A DNA stretch of 64,000 bases from NCBI GenBank assembly GCA_963790205.1, contig CAWBNQ010000001.1, forward strand, positions 128,001 to 192,000, in the 5' to 3' direction. This stretch comes from Nitrospirota bacterium. GTDB lineage: Bacteria > Nitrospirota > UBA9217. Positions within the stretch are counted from its first letter, which is position 1. The number at the start of each line of letters is the position of its first letter. Positions 21,198 to 29,345 of the stretch are shown here, piece after piece. The position numbers and the translations under genes are program-made. The notes under the pieces are model-generated. The model was given only the letters and a program-made list of their open reading frames with translations. It ran no database searches and was not told where the DNA came from.

Positions 21198-21305
21198 TTA
21201 CCTATTGCGCCGGTGAGCAGAAGCTCGGGTCCGTGCCGCAGTCCTTGCTTTGTTCCAACGATGCTTTCAAGCATGAAGCATGAAGCGAATCCCATCATAT
21301 TGTAC

Positions 21306-21390
21306 GGGTAGACGATAATACTTAACCCTCCGCGAGGATGGGACGGAAAGCCTCAGGATCTCTCCGAGACAGCCGGGTTGCCGAAATATT
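21306..21390 (+). ncRNA. GEMM-I (c-di-GMP-I family) riboswitch aptamer, A20 variant, probably 3',3'-cGAMP-sensing
   Basis: CGATAATACTTAACC-ctcc-GCGA-ggat-GGGACGGAAAGCC...GACAGCCGGGTTGCCG; GNRA-capped P2, conserved junction, A at the G20-equivalent position (21320). Confidence 0.85.
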
Positions 21391-21424
21391 TCTTAATCGA
21401 TATTTAAGGTGCCCGGCTTTTTGT
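21372..21424 (+). terminator. Riboswitch expression-platform terminator
   Basis: gccggg (aptamer 3' strand) pairs with cccggc at 21412-21417, followed by tttttgttt. Confidence 0.75.
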
Positions 21425-21579
21425 TTCTTTAAAATAATTCGCTGGAAACTCTATGAAGGGGAGGCAATGAAGAACTAAGGTGACGCCGCCGTGTGATAAT
21501 ACTTAATGACAACAAAGTAGGTACTTTCGCAGTCGCATTCGCTGTCAATTTGATGAGAGAGAAACGAAAGGAGGATCAT

Positions 21580-23130
21580 ATGAAGAAAAATAATATGCGA
21601 ACCTGCGCCATGATTGCGTCGTTCCTTTTCGCGAGCCTCGCCCTTATGTCATGCGGCCAATCCGGTAGTGGCGGCAGCGCAACCAATGCAGTCTCAGCGT
21701 CGTCTCCGGGCACTGGTGCCGTGAAAAGCACGATCTCGGGCGTGGTGAAAGACATCGTAACAGGCTCGGCGATCGCGGGAGCAACCGTGACCGCCAGCGC
21801 ACAGAATACAGTCACGGATTCCAGCGGCGCCTACAGCCTGAAGGTCGCAGCGGGCAGCAACACCCTGTCGGCGTCTGCGACGGGGTATCTTGCAACGTAC
21901 CAGACCACGACCGTCGCCCAGCGAGCGACCCAAACACTGAACTGGGCCCTTACTAAGACATACGGAAACCAGACGATCCCCGCGACAAGCATGAATTACG
22001 TGATCTTTGCCTGGAACGACCTCGGCATGCATTGTGACCAGGACGACTATTCCAATTTCTGTGTCCTGCCGCCTTTTAACACGCTCCATGTCCAGGTTTT
22101 CCGGCGCGGCGGGGACGCCGGCCTCATGACCAGCGGCATTACGGTGAGTTACGCTTTTCCAAAAAAGACCAATTCCACGCTCCATACCAACTTCTGGACC
22201 TATGCCCCGCAGTTCGGCTGGAACGTGCCGCCCAACGTGGGCATCACCGGCACCCCCCTGGCGGGGAATATGAGTCTTGACTCCAAGGGAGTGGGGTTTG
22301 TCGCTACGGGAATTCCCATCACCCCCTATGATGATGACGGGACATGGGACCCCTACGGGACGGCCGTGATCACGGTGAAGGACAGCAGCGGCAACGTGCT
22401 TCAGTCCGCCAATGTCGTGGCGCCGGTGTCCACCGAGATGATGTGCAGCAACTGTCACGGCACGACGAACACGCAGCTGAATATCCTGCAGGCGCATGAC
22501 AGCCACAACGGGACGACCCTGGCCGCCGATCAGGCCAGCGGGGTCGTTCACCTGTGCGGGTCCTGCCATCAGGATAACGCTCTCGGGACGCCCGGTCAGG
22601 CGGGGGTCGAGAGCCTCTCCCTGGCCATGCATAATTTCCACAAGGACAAAATGAACACCACGGCAACTGCGTCCGGCACCACACCCGACTGCTACAACTG
22701 CCACCCCGGACCGAAGACCGAATGCATGCGCGGGATCATGTACCGTGCCGGGAAGTCCTGTCACGATTGCCACGGGGATATGTATGGCATGACGAACTCC
22801 CTGTTGAGCGGCCGCCAGCCCTGGCTGCAGGAGCCGCAGTGCGGAAGCTGCCATGACGCCAGCCACGCGGAGAACAGCAACACGCACTATCGCAACTCCG
22901 TCCTCCTGAACGGACCGGACGGCGATATGAACAACAGAATTTACTGCGAAGCCTGCCACAACAGCACCCACGGCGAATATACGACGTCCAATCCGGCGGA
23001 CACTTCCATAACCCAGAAGTTCCAGGGCGACACCTACTGGATCTGGAATTGCGATGTCTGCCATACCAACATGTCGCAGCGACCGATGCATAGCGGCAGC
23101 ATCACGCACACGAACGGCTACAACAACTGA
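21580..23130 (+). CDS. Heptaheme c-type cytochrome lipoprotein with an N-terminal carboxypeptidase-regulatory-like beta domain
   Basis: Lipobox LALMSC; seven CxxCH (CSNCH, CGSCH, CYNCH, CHDCH, CGSCH, CEACH, CDVCH); WNDLGMHC segment; AGGAGG RBS. Confidence 0.88.
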   Translation: MKKNNMRTCAMIASFLFASLALMSCGQSGSGGSATNAVSASSPGTGAVKSTISGVVKDIVTGSAIAGATVTASAQNTVTDSSGAYSLKVAAGSNTLSASATGYLATYQTTTVAQRATQTLNWALTKTYGNQTIPATSMNYVIFAWNDLGMHCDQDDYSNFCVLPPFNTLHVQVFRRGGDAGLMTSGITVSYAFPKKTNSTLHTNFWTYAPQFGWNVPPNVGITGTPLAGNMSLDSKGVGFVATGIPITPYDDDGTWDPYGTAVITVKDSSGNVLQSANVVAPVSTEMMCSNCHGTTNTQLNILQAHDSHNGTTLAADQASGVVHLCGSCHQDNALGTPGQAGVESLSLAMHNFHKDKMNTTATASGTTPDCYNCHPGPKTECMRGIMYRAGKSCHDCHGDMYGMTNSLLSGRQPWLQEPQCGSCHDASHAENSNTHYRNSVLLNGPDGDMNNRIYCEACHNSTHGEYTTSNPADTSITQKFQGDTYWIWNCDVCHTNMSQRPMHSGSITHTNGYNN

Positions 23131-23233
23131 GAACTCTTTCGGCAGGAGGGCATGTGCCCTTCTGCCGGACTTAAAGCGACTATCCGGGGAAGCAGGTAAA
23201 CCCGTTATTACGTAATGCCGGAGGATATGAAAA

Positions 23234-23629
23234 TTGAAAAGCAGATATATGATACTCGCAATGCTCCTGGCAGTGGTCGCGATCATGCTGGGAGCAGGCT
23301 GTCACTCCGATAGAGATAATCCGAAAGATCTTCTCAACACATACTTCACAGCAGCGGTCAGACAGGACTACGCCGCAGTCTACCCTTGCTATTACAGCGC
23401 TTACCAGGCGAAGGTAAGCAAGGACGAATATATCCGCCACCGCAAGGAGGCATCCGTGCTTCGGGCCTATACCGTGAAGTCGATCATGGAACAGGGCAAT
23501 ACCGCGCGGGCCAAGGTCGAACTCACGTTCGAGCCGTCGCAAAAGCTGAAGCGGGACCGTCCTGTTTCGACTGTGGTCACGGAAGAGATGGTACGCGAGA
23601 GCGGTGAATGGAAGATTAAAGTCTGGTAG
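23234..23629 (+). CDS. Small lipoprotein, NTF2-like/DUF4878-like
   Basis: Lipobox LGAGC; C-terminal MVRESGEWKI; TTG start. Confidence 0.65.
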   Translation: MKSRYMILAMLLAVVAIMLGAGCHSDRDNPKDLLNTYFTAAVRQDYAAVYPCYYSAYQAKVSKDEYIRHRKEASVLRAYTVKSIMEQGNTARAKVELTFEPSQKLKRDRPVSTVVTEEMVRESGEWKIKVW

Positions 23630-23740
23630 CCCGAGGTAAACGCGTTTAATGATTGCGGCCGTGCTGATAGGGGCCGGGGAGGACAAATATCCGCGAATGC
23701 CGGCGGTTTTGAGGGGATACTTAGAAAAAGGGGCCACTTC

Positions 23741-24262
23741 TTACTTTGCAAGATACTTCATGATTTCGGCTTTATGCTGCCGCACATACTCGCAGCTCGG
23801 GTCGCTGCCGCACTTCCGGCATTTTAAATCGTAGGCGGAATTTAACGTGCGGCATTTGGGACAGGAATAATGCTCGGTCATTTCCGCGTACCACTTTTCA
23901 TATCCGACTTCCTTGATCCGCGCCTGTGATTTCCATAATTCGATCCGATGCGGCATTTCGGTCTGGAAGGCCTTCAGGTCTTTGCAGGGATATTCCGCGC
24001 ATTCGCCGCAAAAGGCCACTCCCTTTGCCTCGGCGCACTTAGACATTATGCATTTGCTCTCGCAGTAAAAGCCTCGCTTCTCCGACCGGCACCCGTTGCA
24101 CTGCATTTCCTCGAGGGAACGCTTCAGGCGGCGGGCCATCCCCTCAAGCCTTGCGGGCTCTTCTTTTGTCCCGATAAAAACGTGGCACGCGGGGCAAAAT
24201 AACCCGCAGACGGCAGCAAGGCGTTTGTCTGCATTGTGAGACGGCTTTTCAGCTTCTTTCAT
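23741..24262 (-). CDS. DUF3795 cysteine-rich protein
   Basis: CGLFCPAC..CNGC..C..CGECAEYPC plus an extra CPKC..CRKC ribbon. Confidence 0.8.
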   Translation of the reverse strand: MKEAEKPSHNADKRLAAVCGLFCPACHVFIGTKEEPARLEGMARRLKRSLEEMQCNGCRSEKRGFYCESKCIMSKCAEAKGVAFCGECAEYPCKDLKAFQTEMPHRIELWKSQARIKEVGYEKWYAEMTEHYSCPKCRTLNSAYDLKCRKCGSDPSCEYVRQHKAEIMKYLAK

Positions 24263-24278
24263 AATGCTCCTTCAATTG

Positions 24279-24707
24279 TTATACGACGAGAATTTTGTAT
24301 TCGGTTACTATCTCGGCGTTGCCCTTCACCATCGCCCACACGGGGCAAACCGATTCCTCCGCGAGCTTGATGGACTTCTGCATATCAACGTCTTTCACAT
24401 CAGGTGAGTTCACAGTAAATTCCATCAGGATCTTCTGAAATGATGTCGGGTGCTGTTCGCGCCGTGTTCCTTTTACGTTTACCTTGATTGCGGATACGGT
24501 CTTTCCCATTTTCCTGAGTAAAATACCGATGGTCCCCCCGCTGCAGGCGCCGAGACTCATAAGGAGCATCTCAAGCGGCAGATAGCCCTGCCCATCCCCG
24601 AGCGGAGGAATATAGTCGATCGCGATCGGCGGAAGCGTTCTCAAAACCCCCGTGTAACCCAGTTTCTGGTTCGTCGAATTTACAGTCACTTCTAATTGTC
24701 CAGCCAT
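24279..24707 (-). CDS. OsmC/Ohr family protein (YhfA-like)
   Basis: PLEMLLMSLGAC and CPV cysteine pair. Confidence 0.88.
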   Translation of the reverse strand: MAGQLEVTVNSTNQKLGYTGVLRTLPPIAIDYIPPLGDGQGYLPLEMLLMSLGACSGGTIGILLRKMGKTVSAIKVNVKGTRREQHPTSFQKILMEFTVNSPDVKDVDMQKSIKLAEESVCPVWAMVKGNAEIVTEYKILVV

Positions 24708-24758
24708 CAGAGCCTCCCTTGAAAGTATGATCCTGAGATTACTTCCGGCGTCTGTTGA

Positions 24759-25190
24759 TCAATCAGCCTGTCCTTTTCCCATGACAAATGAGCCGGTAAA
24801 ATATTTCTTCCGTATTTGCGCAGCCTCTTCGTCGATCCAGCGTTCAAGCCCAATCTTCTTGATGCGGCAAAGATTGTAAAGCTTCGTGTTGTGCGGCAGG
24901 GTTGCCGCCTTGTCGGCAGTCGGCGCGAGATAAGCGCATGGAAAATCGTTGCAGTCGCTGCACAGGGCAACGACCTTTGCCTTGACGCAATCCAGGGTCG
25001 CACACCCGTGAGGCAGATGAAAATGCTTGCCGTCTTGCTTACGGCAGCCCTTGCAGGCCACTTCTTTTTTCGGCACGCCGAATTTGGCATGGATCGACTC
25101 AACGAGCTCGTCCGTCAAATTGTCCTCGTGAAAATCGCAGAGAAAGCAGGCCAGGCCGCATGGCGCTGTTAAAGCCTTTTTGTTTTTCAT
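24759..25190 (-). CDS. DUF3795 cysteine-rich protein
   Basis: APCGLACFLC..CKGC..CSDCNDFPC; HNTKLYNL. Confidence 0.8.
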   Translation of the reverse strand: MKNKKALTAPCGLACFLCDFHEDNLTDELVESIHAKFGVPKKEVACKGCRKQDGKHFHLPHGCATLDCVKAKVVALCSDCNDFPCAYLAPTADKAATLPHNTKLYNLCRIKKIGLERWIDEEAAQIRKKYFTGSFVMGKGQAD

Positions 25191-25234
25191 GGTTCCTCCT
25201 TATCATAACACCTGTGTCGATAATAGCCGGCCTA

Positions 25235-25663
25235 TTAAAGCTGCGGTCCTTTGCCGATCACCATCTTGCCGCGGTAATAGCGCTGCTTGAACTCGGGTTC
25301 TTTTTCCAGGAGCTTGGCCACGCCGTGCTGTTTGATGAAAGTCAAATGAAAAACTTTGAGATTGTGCGGCAGGACGTCCGCCCGGTCCGACGCCGGATTC
25401 AGTTTTGCGCAGGGGAAATCCTTGCACTCAAAGCAGAAGTCGTGCCCGCGGCCGCTCACGCAGGCATGGGTCGCACAGGCGCCCTCGATGAGCTGATGTT
25501 TTCCCTTTGCGGATCTGCATCCTGGGCAGGGCACGCCGTTCCAGTTTACCCTCTTTTTCAGTCCCTCCCCCAACGACGGATCGTCCTTGACCTTATACAT
25601 AGGGCACGAGCCGCAGTGTATCCCGCAGGGCGCGACGAGGGTGATGTCGTCTTTTGTCTTCAT
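25235..25663 (-). CDS. DUF3795 cysteine-rich protein
   Basis: APCGIHCGSC..CPGC..CFECKDFPC; HNLKVFHL; paralog of 24759-25190. Confidence 0.8.
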   Translation of the reverse strand: MKTKDDITLVAPCGIHCGSCPMYKVKDDPSLGEGLKKRVNWNGVPCPGCRSAKGKHQLIEGACATHACVSGRGHDFCFECKDFPCAKLNPASDRADVLPHNLKVFHLTFIKQHGVAKLLEKEPEFKQRYYRGKMVIGKGPQL

Positions 25664-25694
25664 AAAAAAATCCTCCTTTTTGGTTGTCTGTCAG

Positions 25695-25723
25695 TTAGAC
25701 CGGCTTGGAGGGCAAAGGTTACA
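25695..25723 (-). promoter_or_regulatory. ECF-type promoter TGTAAC-N17-GTCTAA
   Basis: AAC-containing -35 and GTC-containing -10 in the short spacer between the ECF gene and the first DUF3795 gene. Confidence 0.6.
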
Positions 25724-25729
25724 AAAAGA

Positions 25730-26512
25730 TCAGGAAAAAATCGACCACTCGTTCCGCTGAATGCCGCACCTGACTCTTTCCACAAAGGCGTCATCGGCCC
25801 CGCTTTTGTACATGTCCAGATAGAAAGCACGGAGCGTCCGCAGGTTGATAACTTCTTTCTTGGCTTGCACGTTGATCGGCGGGAGGGGCTGTACGGGGGC
25901 GTCCTTTGAAATCATTCCCTTTGATACCGCGAAGCAGACCCACTGTTTGCAATTGCAGGGATTGTCCTTCTTGATGAACTGGCACATGTTCTCCATGTAC
26001 CCGAACCATCGCTTCTTGGCTCGGTGAAGCGTCGTTTTGACCGAGCCGACCGAACAGTCGAGAATTTCCGCGATCTGCTTGTGCGGCAGGTCCAGCGTGA
26101 TCGCCAGGCAGAACACCTTCCGCTCGTTCGCTTGGAGGCACTCGGTCAGGGCATGCAGGCATTTGATCCTGACCTGGTAGGCGAGAAGCTCTGTTTCAGG
26201 ATTGTTCGCGGGATTCGTATCGATGATTTCTTCGTGAGAAAATCCCATGTCCTCGGTCAACATCCGGTAGGGGACCTTACTCCGGTATTTCAGGTGGTCA
26301 TTGGCAACGTTGAGGGTAATTCGATAGATCCAGGTAAAAAAGGAGCTTTCTCCGCGGAAAGTGTCATAGGAACGAAAAGCGCGGAAAAAGGCCTCCTGGG
26401 CAATGTCCTCGGCGTCGTGCGCATTGCCTGCGAGCGACAGGGCCAGCCGGTAGACCTTCGGCTGGTTGTCGCGGTACAGCTGGTCAAATGTATTTATTTC
26501 CTCCCTGGTCAT
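25730..26512 (-). CDS. ECF sigma-70 factor with a Cys-rich C-terminal extension
   Basis: DAEDIAQEAF, FFTWIYRI, IAEILDCSVGSVKTTLHRAK; tail C-x8-CxC; no anti-sigma gene adjacent. Confidence 0.88.
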   Translation of the reverse strand: MTREEINTFDQLYRDNQPKVYRLALSLAGNAHDAEDIAQEAFFRAFRSYDTFRGESSFFTWIYRITLNVANDHLKYRSKVPYRMLTEDMGFSHEEIIDTNPANNPETELLAYQVRIKCLHALTECLQANERKVFCLAITLDLPHKQIAEILDCSVGSVKTTLHRAKKRWFGYMENMCQFIKKDNPCNCKQWVCFAVSKGMISKDAPVQPLPPINVQAKKEVINLRTLRAFYLDMYKSGADDAFVERVRCGIQRNEWSIFS

Positions 26513-26780
26513 GGGCAACCCTCTCTCATTCTGCGGGAAAAGTCCGGTAACGTGCATAGACGATCGAGCTTGGCGTTCTCCGAAGAATGGTACAATAAAT
26601 GTTCTGGTATGGCAAGAGCATTCATTGTTATACAGGTTATTGAAAAAATGAACCAGTGACAAACATGCAGGACGCTCTTCCTCGGCGTCGATGCGGGGCA
26701 GCAAAAGCACATCGCGAGCACGATAGCCTTACCGTTAAGAAGCGCAAAATCATTCTCCAGGAAACGTCGCGAAAATTATA

Positions 26781-26809
26781 TTGACAGACAAGTCTGTATA
26801 GTATACATT
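26781..26809 (+). promoter_or_regulatory. Sigma-70 promoter overlapped by TetR operator 1
   Basis: TTGACA-N17-TACATT, containing ACAGAC-aa-GTCTGT at 26784-26797. Confidence 0.7.
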
Positions 26810-26816
26810 CGTGTCC

Positions 26817-27404
26817 ATGAAACGAGACGCATCTCAGAGCGAGGCACGGCAGCGCATCATCAAAACCGCCCTCGAACTGTTTTATCGACAGGGATACCTC
26901 GCCACGGGCATCAATCAGGTCATTGCCGAATCCGGCGTTTCAAAAAATACTTTCTATTATTACTTTCCGTCCAAAGACGATCTCTGCGTTGCCTATCTCC
27001 AGGAACGCCACAAGGTATGGATGGGGTGGCTGCTTGACCATTTGGATGTAAAGCCGACACCATACAAAAAACTCATCGGACTCTTCGACTTCCTGGACAA
27101 GTGGCTGCGTGAATGCGATTTCCGCGGGTGCGCTTTCCTGAACATCGCCACCGAAGTGCCCGATGTAAACCACAGGATCCGGAAAGAGGTCATTCTGCAT
27201 AAGGATGATTTAAGAAAGCTCTTTCATCGCTTGCTTTCTGACTTAAAAAAATCGGGAATAGCGTTTTCCGGCATCGATGTACCGCTATTATCGGATTTTC
27301 TCTACGTACTGTTTGAAGGGACCATCAGCTCGTGCCAGAACTACAGCGATGCAAAGCTTGTGGAAAAAGCGCGCAAAAGTTTTGAAATGATGCTTAAGGG
27401 TTGA
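26817..27404 (+). CDS. TetR/AcrR family regulator
   Basis: ALELFYRQGY.ATG...SGVSKNTFYYYFPSK; FRGCAFLN. Confidence 0.92.
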   Translation: MKRDASQSEARQRIIKTALELFYRQGYLATGINQVIAESGVSKNTFYYYFPSKDDLCVAYLQERHKVWMGWLLDHLDVKPTPYKKLIGLFDFLDKWLRECDFRGCAFLNIATEVPDVNHRIRKEVILHKDDLRKLFHRLLSDLKKSGIAFSGIDVPLLSDFLYVLFEGTISSCQNYSDAKLVEKARKSFEMMLKG

Positions 27405-27430
27405 AGGCATTTTTTTTACTCACTATTAGT

Positions 27431-27444
27431 ACAGACTTGTCTGT
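27431..27444. promoter_or_regulatory. TetR operator 2
   Basis: ACAGAC-tt-GTCTGT, exact reverse complement of operator 1, upstream of the DJ-1 gene. Confidence 0.7.
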
Positions 27445-27550
27445 TTAGCTCTGACGACCATAGGAAAGGAGGCGACGCAGCCAGGGTTTGAAATAAGACG
27501 GGGAACGTTGCGATGCAGCTCAATTTGATTTCAATAAAAAGGAGAAGAAC

Positions 27551-28183
27551 ATGGCAAAAAGACTAGGTATCTATATTTTCAACGGCGCAGAGATCGTTGA
27601 TTGGGCAGGACCCATGGGCGTTTTCGCCGTGGCCCGCAGAATGGACCCCGAGCTGGATGCATTTCTCGTAGCGGACTCCCCCGCGCCGGTCATGGCGACA
27701 GCTAATTTGTCCGTCAATCCCCGGTACGGCCTTGACCAGTCGCCGGACATGGACGCATTCCTGATCCCCGGAGGCATTGGCACGAGAGCGGAGATGCACA
27801 ATGGACGTCTTCTGGATTTTGTGAAGCGTTTGCCGGACAAGACGCTTCTCGTCAGTGTCTGCACCGGTTCCTGGGTGTATGGCGTCGCGGGCCTGCTGGA
27901 CGGAAAAACGGCCACTAATCGCAAGAAAGGCGACTTCAGTGAAAAAATCATCCCGATCGATCGCCTGGCCCAAATCGCACCGAAGTGCAGGATCGACCGT
28001 CACAGGATCGTTGATACGGGAAGGATCATAACCGGCGGCGGCATTTCATCTGGGCTTGAAATGGGGTTCTACCTGCTGGAACGGTTCGGATACGATGAAA
28101 AGTTCGTTAATGATACCGCATTTGTGATGGAATACGAGAAGCAGTGGCAGCTCATGAAGGCCGATCGTTTGGTCGTCGCATAA
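27551..28183 (+). CDS. DJ-1/PfpI family protein (isonitrile-hydratase-like)
   Basis: IPGGIG, SVCTGS nucleophile elbow, ITGGGISSG. Confidence 0.88.
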   Translation: MAKRLGIYIFNGAEIVDWAGPMGVFAVARRMDPELDAFLVADSPAPVMATANLSVNPRYGLDQSPDMDAFLIPGGIGTRAEMHNGRLLDFVKRLPDKTLLVSVCTGSWVYGVAGLLDGKTATNRKKGDFSEKIIPIDRLAQIAPKCRIDRHRIVDTGRIITGGGISSGLEMGFYLLERFGYDEKFVNDTAFVMEYEKQWQLMKADRLVVA

Positions 28184-28320
28184 TACAGGATGTCACGATG
28201 GAGACACACGGGATGTTGCGCCAGAGATTGATCACGTCCTTTGATGATAGATGCTGCATTCACGGTTCGGTCCTTAACGAGACGGGAAAATCAAATTGAT
28301 GGCACAACGTCCTCTGCTCC

Positions 28321-28881
28321 TTATTGTGTATCTCCAATCATCCCGATGACTTCTTTCGCGCTTAAGACCTTGGCAAAAACAGCGCCCAACGCAGCCATAT
28401 ACGAGCCGTGAACGTGCGCTGCGGGAATGTCAAGACCGTTGAAAACCATGTTCCTCGTTGCGCAGGCATCGTGGGCTACCGTGCAGGCATACCCCAGATC
28501 GAACGCCGCCCGCGTGGTCGTATCGATACACATATGCGACATCATTCCGCAAATAACGAGCTCTTTTATTTCCTTGGAGCGAAGATATTCCTGCAGGTCC
28601 GTGTCGCGGAAGCTGTTCGGAAAATGTTTTTTGATCGTCATTTCACCGGGAAGGGGCTTCACGCTCTCAGCGAAGTCGATTCCCTCCGTATTCGGCAGAA
28701 GAAATGTAGCGTTTGGCCGCGCCGCAATGTGCTGGATATGGACGATTGGCAAATTCTTTTTCCGGAAATGGTCCAGCAGTCTCTTGGCGACTTGAGATGC
28801 CTCGACTGCGCCCACAACCTCCATCTTTCCGTTCGGGAAATAGTCCTGTTGAATATCCACCAACACCAATGCAGGCTTCAT
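28321..28881 (-). CDS. Cysteine hydrolase (isochorismatase family)
   Basis: ALVLVDIQQDYF, K..PNSF, GMMSHMCIDTTTRAA. Confidence 0.9.
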   Translation of the reverse strand: MKPALVLVDIQQDYFPNGKMEVVGAVEASQVAKRLLDHFRKKNLPIVHIQHIAARPNATFLLPNTEGIDFAESVKPLPGEMTIKKHFPNSFRDTDLQEYLRSKEIKELVICGMMSHMCIDTTTRAAFDLGYACTVAHDACATRNMVFNGLDIPAAHVHGSYMAALGAVFAKVLSAKEVIGMIGDTQ

Positions 28882-28893
28882 GCGCTCTCCTTG

Positions 28894-29278
28894 TCATGCC
28901 GACTTTCGCAAAAGCTCCCGGATTGCCGCGCCGAGTCGACTAATGCCGATCTCAATCGTTTTTTCATCCACGCACGAAAAATTAAGCCGCATGGTCCGCG
29001 TTCTCTTTTTATTCACGTAGAAGGGATCACCGGGCACGAAAATGACCTTGTCCTTTACCGCGATTTCGAACAGGTCAAGCCCAACCGCGCCCCGCGGCAA
29101 CTCGGCCCAGACAAACATTCCCCCTTCGGGCCTGGTATATCTCCTCCGCCGGAAACAACTCCCTGCTGGGCAGACCGCCGGCAAAGGAAATTACCGAAGG
29201 GTCGAGGGTGACCTTCAGTATTTCACGGATAAACGAGCGGGGGACGTCCGTGATCCGGTCGGAAAAGGTGCTGTCTAT
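28894..29278 (-). pseudogene. Class I/II PLP aminotransferase pseudogene with a large internal deletion and ATA in place of ATG
   Basis: N-terminus DSTFSDRITDVPRSFIREILKV..ISFAGGLP..LFPAEEI joined out of frame at about 29138 to C-terminus TRPEGGMFVW..VPGDPFY..MRLNFS. Confidence 0.8.
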
Positions 29279-29345
29279 AAGGCACCTCCTTTTTCGTGAG
29301 TGTACCAGAAATCATGGAAAAAACAAATATCGGGCCTTTCTTTTA

